The notes under the pieces were generated by a model. That model made no database searches. It was not told the origin of the DNA and was given only the letters and a program-made list of their open reading frames with translations. A DNA stretch of 63,446 nt, filler included, from Octopus bimaculoides (Eukaryota): the NCBI RefSeq assembly GCF_001194135.2. It is 4 parts of 4 records of this genome, joined end to end, with 100 filler letters (N's around TTAATTAATTAA, not from the genome) between each part and the next. Parts side by side here need not be neighbours in the genome. Positions count along the whole stretch, not along the records: positions 53,373 to 59,646 come from NW_026312452.1; positions 59,747 to 63,446 come from NW_026317897.1; 2 more parts are not named here. The stretch is one strand, 5' to 3'. Positions 54,691 to 63,446 of this stretch are shown piece by piece (positions within the stretch are counted from its first letter, which is position 1; every line of letters begins with the position of its first letter). The translations under genes were made by a program, and so were the position numbers.

Positions 54691-56138
54691 TTTACCATAG
54701 AATGCCTTATATAAACTTTTGTTTATTCCATGTTCAGACCATATCTTTCCCGACAGATTGGCCTCCTAATTATGACAGACTTGTACAATTTTTCACAAAA
54801 AGCTTCATAAAGGATTTTTTTTCCTTTTTAAACTATTTACATGACTGTTTGACTGTTTTACATGACTATATTCATTAAAATTTATTAAAACTTCAGAAGT
54901 TCTTGCAACTTTGGTCATCGTAATGCTTTGCATCATTTGTTTAATAAAAATTCCACCTCCTAATGATTTTGATTTTATTTTATAATAGACAGTTATCATA
55001 CAGAAAATACTAGCTTCCAAATTCTGTTTTCTGATTAGGTAAAATTGATTAAACTTTGAACCTCAGTAACATTTTTCTGAAATTTTATCTATGTGTATAT
55101 GTAAATATGTATATATATATATATATATATAGGTGAGAAAGTTGGTATGTGAAAGCACGTGGTTGGATGTATAAAAGATAATAAGAGTGAAAAAACTACA
55201 GAAGGCTTGTGTTACATGGTTAAAGTATATATTTAGATTATGTCAGAAAAATGTTAGAAAAATGTTAGAAAAATGTTATAAAATCTTTTTGGTATATAAA
55301 CATTGTATTTTGAGAAATNNNNNNNNNNNNNNNNNNNNNNNNNNNNNNNNNNNNNNNNNNNNNNNNNNNNNNNNNNNNNNNNNNNNNNNNNNNNNNNNNN
55401 NNNNNNNNNNNNNNNNNNNNNNNNNNNNNNNNNNNNNNNNNNNNNNNNNNNNNNNNNNNNNNNNNNNNNNNNNNNNNNNNNNNNNNNNNNNNNNNNNNNN
55501 NNNNNNNNNNNNNNNNNNNNNNNNNNNNNNNNNNNNNNNNNNNNNNNNNNNNNNNNNNNNNNNNNNNNNNNNNNNNNNNNNNNNNNNNNNNNNNNNNNNN
55601 NNNNNNNNNNNNNNNNNNNNNNNNNNNNNNNNNNNNNNNNNNNNNNNNNNNNNNNNNNNNNNNNNNNNNNNNNNNNNNNNNNNNNNNNNNNNNNNNNNNN
55701 NNNNNNNNNNNNNNNNNNNNNNNNNNNNNNNNNNNNNNNNNNNNNNNNNNNNNNNNNNNNNNNNNNNNNNNNNNNNNNNNNNNNNNNNNNNNNNNNNNNN
55801 NNNNNNNNNNNNNNNNNNNNNNNNNNNNNNNNNNNNNNNNNNNNNNNNNNNNNNNNNNNNNNNNNNNNNNNNNNNNNNNNNNNNNNNNNNNNNNNNNNNN
55901 NNNNNNNNNNNNNNNNNNNNNNNNNNNNNNNNNNNNNNNNNNNNNNNNNNNNNNNNNNNNNNNNNNNNNNNNNNNNNNNNNNNNNNNNNNNNNNNNNNNN
56001 NNNNNNNNNNNNNNNNNNNNNNNNNNNNNNNNNNNNNNNNNNNNNNNNNNNNNNNNNNNNNNNNNNNNNNNNNNNNNNNNNNNNNNNNNNNNNNNNNNNN
56101 NNNNNNNNNNNNNNNNNNNNNNNNNNNNNNNNNNNNNN

Positions 56139-56470
56139 ACCTCATCTACAGGTTCCCTCAACTGCTAGGGTGTGGCACTTTTTCACACAGCTATCCTCAT
56201 CCATTCTTGCCACATGACCATACCAGCACAACCGTCTCTCTTGCACACCACAACTGATGCTTCTTATGTTCAACTTTTCTCTCAACGTACTTACACTCTG
56301 TCTAGTATGCACACTGACATTACACATCCATCGGAGCATACTGGCTTCATTCCTTGTGAGCCTACGCATGTCTTCAGCAGTCATGGCCCATGTTTCACTG
56401 CCATGTAGCATGGCTGTTCGTACACATGCGTCATACAGTATGCCTTTTACTCTGAGAGAGAGAGACCCAT
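56139..56470 (-). mobile_element. RTE-type LINE ORF 3' fragment
   Basis: LRVKGILYDACVRTAMLHGSETWAMTAEDMRRL..WYGHVARMDEDSCVKKC. Confidence 0.85.
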
Positions 56471-56763
56471 TGTTGCCAGCAGAGGTAAGAGCTTGTGTGA
56501 GTGTGTGTGTATGTATATGTATGTATGTGTATATGTATGTGTGTATATATATGTATGTGTATATGTGTAGATATATATGTATGTGTATATATATATTAAT
56601 GGTTATCACCAAGCCAACATGGCAGTCCAAAAAATAGGACGAATGCTGCCGCTGATTAGCTCCAAGCGGTCATAGCCTCTAGCTAGCTATGTGACACACG
56701 AACCTGTATCCATTATAACCTTCGAACAGGGTAGGTCAGCAGCTTTCCCTTGCTGGTTTGGCA

Positions 56764-56805
56764 TCTGCAGACTAGTTTCGGGGTATTGCCCCTTGTCAAT
56801 GCAGA
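56764..56805 (-). ncRNA. Type I hammerhead ribozyme, copy 1 (U3-A8 core variant)
   Basis: Minus strand reads UCUGCA-UUGACAA-GGGG-CAAUA-CCCC-GAAA-CUAG-UC^UGCAGA: 6-bp stem I, core, 4-bp stem II, palindromic stem III, GUC triplet. Predicted cleavage between 56770 and 56769. Confidence 0.85.
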
Positions 56806-57123
56806 GCAGCCGAACCCAGCAGGCATCGCTACTGACCGTCTGTATGAAGGATTATTTACCTAAATTCAGTGGAATACATCCACTGGTTTTTAAAAATAGA
56901 AATATTGATATTTCTAATTCTCTCTAAAGGAGACTACGGCAACAGTACTGGATATTAATAGTTATCACCAAGCCCAGCATGGCAGTTCAAAACATAGGAC
57001 GAATGCTGCCGTTGATTAGCTCCAAGAGGCCATCGCCTCTAGCTAGCTATGTGACACACAAATCTGTGTCCATTAAAATCTTCAAATAGGATTGGTCAGC
57101 CACTTCCCCTTGCTGGTCTGGCA

Positions 57124-57165
57124 TCTACAGACTAGTTTCGAGGTATTGCCTCTTATCAATGTAGA
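57124..57165 (-). ncRNA. Type I hammerhead ribozyme, copy 2 (U3-A8 core variant)
   Basis: Minus strand reads UCUACA-UUGAUAA-GAGG-CAAUA-CCUC-GAAA-CUAG-UC^UGUAGA. Same fold as copy 1 with compensatory pairs. Predicted cleavage between 57130 and 57129. Confidence 0.85.
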
Positions 57166-57861
57166 GCAGCCAAACCCTGCAGTTGTTGCTACTGACCGTC
57201 TGTACGAAGGATTATTTACCTAAATTCAGTGGAATACATCCACTGGTTTTCAAAAATAGAAATATTAATATTTCTAAGTCTCTCTAAAGGACACAGATTC
57301 ATGTGTCACATAGCTAGNNNNNNNNNNNNNNNNNNNNNNNNNNNNNNNNNNNNNNNNNNNNNNNNNNNNNNNNNNNNNNNNNNNNNNNNNNNNNNNNNNN
57401 NNNNNNNNNNNNNNNNNNNNNNNNNNNNNNNNNNNNNNNNNNNNNNNNNNNNNNNNNNNNNNNNNNNNNNNNNNNNNNNNNNNNNNNNNNNNNNNNNNNN
57501 NNNNNNNNNNNNNNNNNNNNNNNNNNNNNNNNNNNNNNNNNNNNNNNNNNNNNNNNNNNNNNNNNNNNNNNNNNNNNNNNNNNNNATATATATATATATA
57601 TAAAATTTATTAATAAGGGTAGAAATTGATATTAATCAATTAAAACCAGTGGTCTAGCATATTAAAAAAAATCTGAAGATTAAAATTATATTACATACAA
57701 AAATAGGAGGAATGACCAGCAAAATTGGTCTCCTATATGCTAGAAATAGATGCCGAATCATCTTACCATGAAAAATATTTTCTCAGTAAAAATTTAGCAA
57801 CACAGCAGACTGTAAGAGGGCAAGACAAATGAAAAAATACTAAATAAAAAAAACGATTAAC

Positions 57862-57926
57862 CTACATACCATGGTTTCACCAGTTAAAATTTACATAAGT
57901 AAATATCTGCAGGATCATCAGTGTAG
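57862..57926 (-). ncRNA. Type I hammerhead-like motif in left inverted-repeat arm
   Basis: CUACA-CUGAUGA-[long stem II]-GAAA-CCAUGG-UA^UGUAG: perfect 5-bp stem I and palindromic stem III, but U.U at the base of stem II. Confidence 0.55.
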
Positions 57927-58380
57927 TATGTCGATTTATAAAGTATAATTTCCAGAACTAGACACAAGACGTCCATCCGAAAGGGAGCACGTGTAGAGTT
58001 CTACAAATTACATTCAGTGTATCCTTTCAAACGTCTTCAATCTGGCGCGCTAAGTCCGGAAATAACTCTGCAGTTAATAAATTTTTGTAGCTAATTTACC
58101 TGTTTGAGAACATTGTTATTTAAAATTTATTAATAAGGGTAGAAATTGATATTAATCAATTAAAACCAGTGGTCTAGTATATTAAAAAAATCCGAAGGTT
58201 AAAATTATATTACATACAAAAATGATTTATTAACTGCAGAGTTATTTCCGGACTTAGCGCGCCAGATTGAAGACATTTGAAAGGATACACTGAATGTAAT
58301 TTGTAGAACTCTACACGTGCTCCCTTTCGGATGGACGTCTTGTGTCTAGTTCCGGAAATTATATTTTATAAATTGACAGA

Positions 58381-58445
58381 CTACACTGATGATCCTGCAG
58401 AAATTTACTTCTGTAAATTTTAACAGGTGAAACCATGGTACGTAG
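58381..58445 (+). ncRNA. Type I hammerhead-like motif in right inverted-repeat arm
   Basis: CUACA-CUGAUGA-UCCUG..AAAUUUAC-UUCU-GUAAAUUU..CAGGU-GAAA-CCAUGG-UA^CGUAG. One mismatch in stem I next to the core. Confidence 0.5.
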
Positions 58446-58616
58446 GTTAATCGTTTTTTTTATTTAGTATTTTTTCATTTGTCTTGCCCTCGTACAGTCT
58501 GTTGTGTCGCTAAATTTTTACTGAGAAAATATTTTTCGTGGTTAGATGATTCGGCATCTATTTCTAGCATATAGGAGTCCACTTTTGCTGGTCATTCCTC
58601 TTATTTNNNNNNNNNN

Positions 58617-58659
<43 letters not shown>

Positions 58660-58691
58660 TTGTGTGTGTGTGTGTGTATAAATGTATGTAT

Positions 58692-58988
58692 GAAGGCGAG
58701 GTTGTGAGTTCGATTCCTGTACCAGGCTGTGTGTTGTGTTCTTGAGCAAGACCCTTTATTTCACGTTGCTTCAGCTAACTCAGCTGTAGAAATAAGTTGC
58801 GACATCACAGGTGCCAAGCTGTATTGGACTTTGCCTTTCCTCTGGATAACATCAGTGGTTTGGAGAGGGGAGGCTAGTATGCATGGGCAACTGCTGGCCT
58901 TTCACAAACAACCTTGCTTGGACTTGTACCTCAGAGGGTAACTTTCTAGGTGCAATCCCATGGTCATTCATGACCGAAAGGGGTCTTC
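58692..58988 (+). mobile_element. tRNA-derived SINE (family C) with a CORE-like block
   Basis: B-box-like GAGTTCGATTCC followed by tgtgttcttgagcaagaccctttatttcac. Confidence 0.6.
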
Positions 58989-58999
58989 TTGTGTATGTA

Positions 59000-59139
59000 T
59001 AAATATATATATCATCATCATCATCATCATCTATATATATATATATATATATATAATCTGTGTGTGTGTGCGTCTGTGTATATATATATATATATATACA
59101 AATATATATGTAAATCTCTCTCTCTCTCTCTCTCTCTAT

Positions 59140-59185
<46 letters not shown>

Positions 59186-59356
59186 ATATGTATGTATGTA
59201 TATTTATGTATATGTATATATATATGTATATATATGTATGTATATATATATGTATTTATATATATGTATATATATGTGTGTGTGTGTGTATAAATATGTA
59301 TATTTATATGTCTGTGTATATATATATGTATACATATATCTCTGTATATATATATG

Positions 59357-59402
<46 letters not shown>
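59000..59402. repeat. Compound (TA)/(TG)/(TC) microsatellite
   Basis: Read directly. Confidence 0.95.
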
Positions 59403-59405
<3 letters not shown>

Positions 59406-59462
59406 TAGATATCGGTGGCAATTTTTTTCTTCCTCCGTTTTTCCCTTCTTTGGACTTTCTTT

Positions 59463-59497
59463 GTTTCCGACGAGGAGCTCTGCTCGAAACGTCAAAT
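59463..59497 (+). ncRNA. Degenerate minimal hammerhead-like motif
   Basis: UUU-CCGACGA-G-GAGC-UCU-GCUC-GAAACGUC-AAA. Core U4 is mutated. Confidence 0.35.
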
Positions 59498-59602
59498 TCT
59501 CTTTCTTTCCTTTCCCAAGCATCTAGTAACACAATCTGCATCACGTCCTCACGTTGCTGTTTTTTGTTGTTGTTTTTTTTTGTCTTTTTCCTTTTTTGAA
59601 CC

Positions 59603-59646
<44 letters not shown>

Positions 59647-59799
59647 NNNNNNNNNNNNNNNNNNNNNNNNNNNNNNNNNNNNNNNNNNNNTTAATTAATT
59701 AANNNNNNNNNNNNNNNNNNNNNNNNNNNNNNNNNNNNNNNNNNNNTTTTTTTTCCCCCTTCCATATTAGTAACCACACAGTTCATTATTTAGAGTGGT

Positions 59800-60175
59800 A
59801 AAGGCGGCGAGCTGGCAGAAACGTATTTCATCTGCCGTTACGTTCGGAGTTCAAATTTCGCCGAGGTCGACTTTGGCTTTAATCCTTTCGGGGTCGATTA
59901 TAAAAGTACCAGTTACACACTGGGGATCGATATAATTGACTTAATCCATTTGTCTGTCCTTGTTTGTCCCCTCTGTGTGTAGCCCCTTGTGGGCAATAAA
60001 GAAATAAGAAACGTTAGCACGCCGGATGAAATGCTTAGCAGTATTTCATCCGTCTTTACATTCTGAGTTCAAATTCCGCCGTGATTGATTTTGGCTTTTC
60101 ATCCTTTCGGGGGCGATAAATTAAGTACCAGTTGCGTACTGGAGTCGAAATTTCGGGCCTTGTGCCTAGTGTAGA
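59800..60175 (+). mobile_element. SINE family B, two tandem copies
   Basis: Same motif set as 7903-8360. Confidence 0.8.
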
Positions 60176-61141
60176 AAAGAATATTGACNNNNNNNNNNNN
60201 NNNNNNNNNNNNNNNNNNNNNNNNNNNNNNNNNNNNNNNNNNNNNNNNNNNNNNNNNNNNNNNNNNNNNNNNNNNNNNNNNNNNNNNNNNNNNNNNNNNN
60301 NNNNNNNNNNNNNNNNNNNNNNNNNNNNNNNNNNNNNNNNNNNNNNNNNNNNNNNNNNNNNNNNNNNNNNNNNNNNNNNNNNNNNNNNNNNNNNNNNNNN
60401 NNNNNNNNNNNNNNNNNNNNNNNNNNNNNNNNNNNNNNNNNNNNNNNNNNNNNNNNNNNNNNNNNNNNNNNNNNNNNNNNNNNNNNNNNNNNNNNNNNNN
60501 NNNNNNNNNNNNNNNNNNNNNNNNNNNNNNNNNNNNNNNNNNNNNNNNNNNNNNNNNNNNNNNNNNNNNNNNNNNNNNNNNNNNNNNNNNNNNNNNNNNN
60601 NNNNNNNNNNNNNNNNNNNNNNNNNNNNNNNNNNNNNNNNNNNNNNNNNNNNNNNNNNNNNNNNNNNNNNNNNNNNNNNNNNNNNNNNNNNNNNNNNNNN
60701 NNNNNNNNNNNNNNNNNNNNNNNNNNNNNNNNNNNNNNNNNNNNNNNNNNNNNNNNNNNNNNNNNNNNNNNNNNNNNNNNNNNNNNNNNNNNNNNNNNNN
60801 NNNNNNNNNNNNNNNNNNNNNNNNNNNNNNNNNNNNNNNNNNNNNNNNNNNNNNNNNNNNNNNNNNNNNNNNNNNNNNNNNNNNNNNNNNNNNNNNNNNN
60901 NNNNNNNNNNNNNNNNNNNNNNNNNNNNNNNNNNNNNNNNNNNNNNNNNNNNNNNNNNNNNNNNNNNNNNNNNNNNNNNNNNNNNNNNNNNNNNNNNNNN
61001 NNNNNNNNNNNNNNNNNNNNNNNNNNNNNNNNNNNNNNNNNNNNNNNNNNNNNNNNNNNNNNNNNNNNNNNNNNNNNNNNNNNNNNNNNNNNNNNNNNNN
61101 NNNNNNNNNNNNNNNNNNNNNNNNNNNNNNNNNNNNNNNNN

Positions 61142-61177
<36 letters not shown>

Positions 61178-61984
61178 TAAAGAGAAAGAGAGAGACAATA
61201 TGAAAGAAAAGGCGAATGAAACAAAGTAGGCGGTGACGGAAAAAAAAAATGAGGACACGAGTTTCTAGAGGTGATGAAATTGTAAAGGAAATATGTTTTT
61301 CTTGATAGACAAAAGAGCGCACCTGTCAAATGACTTTTAACCGGAAGTCCTGGACGGAAGTCTGAAAGAAGACGTTACAAGATATGAGAAAGACCGAGAG
61401 TGATTGAAAGGGTGTGAGACGGGGAAGGCTACATATTGATAAATAAGCCAGCTAGATTGTTAGATAGGGAGGTGGAGTCGGAGCTTCATTTTTCTGTCAT
61501 TCACTCATATATCATTTTTTTCTCTTCCTCTTGTAATTTTAGTTAGTTGTTTCTTTCCCCCCCCCACACACACACACAAGCCCGCATACATACGCACGCA
61601 CACACACACACACTTTCATTCTTCTTCTTGCCCTTATGCATACACACACACACGTCATCCTTACAGATACACTTTCTGCTTTCTCTTACTCCCGAACTCT
61701 ACTCTCTCTTTCTCCGTCTCTATAACTTCCTTTATTTTCACCTTCCCTTCTTTCTCTCAGCTCCCTACACTTGTTTTTCTCGCTCACTTTTATCTCTTGT
61801 TTCCTTTCTTTGTCAAAAAGTATTTTTAATTTATGATTTTTCCCATTTAAGACATATTTTCCGTTTCGTTTCTCCTACTCTCTCATTTACTCATTTACTT
61901 TTTTCAGTCATTTGACTGCGACCATGCTGGAGCACCGCCTTTAGTCTAGCAAATCGACCGCAGGACTTATTCTTTGTACACACA

Positions 61985-62081
<97 letters not shown>

Positions 62082-62951
62082 NNNNNNNNNNNNNNNNNNN
62101 NNNNNNNNNNNNNNNNNNNNNNNNNNNNNNNNNNNNNNNNNNNNNNNNNNNNNNNNNNNNNNNNNNNNNNNNNNNNNNNNNNNNNNNNNNNNNNNNNNNN
62201 NNNNNNNNNNNNNNNNNNNNNNNNNNNNNNNNNNNNNNNNNNNNNNNNNNNNNNNNNNNNNNNNNNNNNNNNNNNNNNNNNNNNNNNNNNNNNNNNNNNN
62301 NNNNNNNNNNNNNNNNNNNNNNNNNNNNNNNNNNNNNNNNNNNNNNNNNNNNNNNNNNNNNNNNNNNNNNNNNNNNNNNNNNNNNNNNNNNNNNNNNNNN
62401 NNNNNNNNNNNNNNNNNNNNNNNNNNNNNNNNNNNNNNNNNNNNNNNNNNNNNNNNNNNNNNNNNNNNNNNNNNNNNNNNNNNNNNNNNNNNNNNNNNNN
62501 NNNNNNNNNNNNNNNNNNNNNNNNNNNNNNNNNNNNNNNNNNNNNNNNNNNNNNNNNNNNNNNNNNNNNNNNNNNNNNNNNNNNNNNNNNNNNNNNNNNN
62601 NNNNNNNNNNNNNNNNNNNNNNNNNNNNNNNNNNNNNNNNNNNNNNNNNNNNNNNNNNNNNNNNNNNNNNNNNNNNNNNNNNNNNNNNNNNNNNNNNNNN
62701 NNNNNNNNNNNNNNNNNNNNNNNNNNNNNNNNNNNNNNNNNNNNNNNNNNNNNNNNNNNNNNNNNNNNNNNNNNNNNNNNNNNNNNNNNNNNNNNNNNNN
62801 NNNNNNNNNNNNNNNNNNNNNNNNNNNNNNNNNNNNNNNNNNNNNNNNNNNNNNNNNNNNNNNNNNNNNNNNNNNNNNNNNNNNNNNNNNNNNNNNNNNN
62901 NNNNNNNNNNNNNNNNNNNNNNNNNNNNNNNNNNNNNGATTCTGAAACAAT

Positions 62952-63002
62952 TAACCCTAACCCTAACCCTAACCCTAACCCTAGGGTTAGGGTTAGGGTT
63001 AA
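62952..63002. repeat. Interstitial telomeric-type repeat in inverted arrangement, (TAACCC)5(TAGGGT)3
   Basis: Read directly; palindrome centred on CCCTAGGG at 62979-62986. Confidence 0.9.
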
Positions 63003-63314
63003 AGCAAATTTAAAATGAAAAAAGCAAATAAAACGAAGGTATGGAGATTAAATACGCTTTACATCGCTTAATCAGCCAAAGGAGTAAATATAAGCAACTG
63101 AATACTTGTCAGTGATTGATTGAAATTATCGAAATAAGACAATTTTTTACATGAAATAAATTCGAATACAAAAATATTTTTCTGTTCTATAACACAAAAT
63201 AGATAAGTATACGAAGTTTGAAAGTCTTTCCGTACCAAAAACACTACGTAAAACATTAATGAAAAATGTGGCCCCCGTTTTAAAATAGATCCAATTCTTC
63301 CTTCTGTTTGCCAA

Positions 63315-63446
63315 CGAGAGAGAGAGAGAGACAGAAAGAGAGAGAGACAGAAAGGGAGAGAGATATAGAAAGAGAGAGAGAGACAGAAAGAGAGACAGAG
63401 AGACAGAAAGAGAGAGAGACAGAAAGAGAGAGAGAGACAGAAAGAG
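63315..63446. repeat. (GA)-rich compound repeat (gagagagacagaaa units)
   Basis: Read directly. Confidence 0.9.

Larger units (their letters stand above)
56595..57317 (-). mobile_element. ~360-bp tandem repeat carrying hammerheads (non-LTR retrozyme-like array), ending in an inverted partial copy at a gap
   Basis: Unit 1 (~56595-56953) and unit 2 (~56954-57290) align at 360-nt offset, about 89% identical by hand count. 57289-57317 is the reverse complement of 57044-57072. Confidence 0.75.
57601..58606. repeat. Long inverted repeat (arms ~57701-58082 and ~58225-58606) plus a direct repeat (57601-57703 / 58121-58223); probably Penelope-type terminal repeats
   Basis: The arms are near-perfect reverse complements, and the 103-bp segment recurs in the spacer. 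The Penelope assignment is inference. Confidence 0.85.

Noticed and set aside
56620-56650. Plus-strand GTCC-AAAAAATA-GGAC-GAAT resembling hammerhead stem II in the opposite polarity of the array
   Set aside because: No CUGANGA/UUGANAA core upstream and GAAU instead of GAAA; treated as an ordinary hairpin.
1-63446. Intact tRNA, rRNA or CRISPR features
   Set aside because: None seen; tRNA-like stretches are SINE heads lacking full cloverleaves, and no regularly spaced repeat-spacer array exists.

Overview
This is AT-rich, microsatellite-dense animal genomic DNA with many N gaps. The SINE/LINE repertoire resembles octopus/cephalopod repeats (inference, no database search). Three N-flanked TTAATTAATTAA pads (28289, 53317, 59691) look like artificial scaffold joins, so neighbourhood across them is unreliable. 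Most long ORFs in the track are microsatellite or gap artefacts. Recognisable content is mostly decayed mobile DNA: RTE-type and CR1-like LINE pieces, one Penelope-like element, mariner/Tc1/maT fossils, a Tigger-type MITE and tRNA-derived SINEs. There are also a few candidate host exons: a cadherin-like exon on the minus strand with a dead duplicate, and plus-strand exons encoding a charged helix plus a hydrophobic segment. The most striking signal is a 360-bp tandem repeat (56595-57317). Each unit carries a complete type I hammerhead ribozyme on the minus strand with the rare U3-A8 core and compensatory stem changes between copies, i.e. a retrozyme-like self-cleaving array. Further hammerhead-like motifs lie in an adjacent ~380-bp inverted repeat and in Penelope-type tails. 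Boundaries of decayed repeats are approximate.
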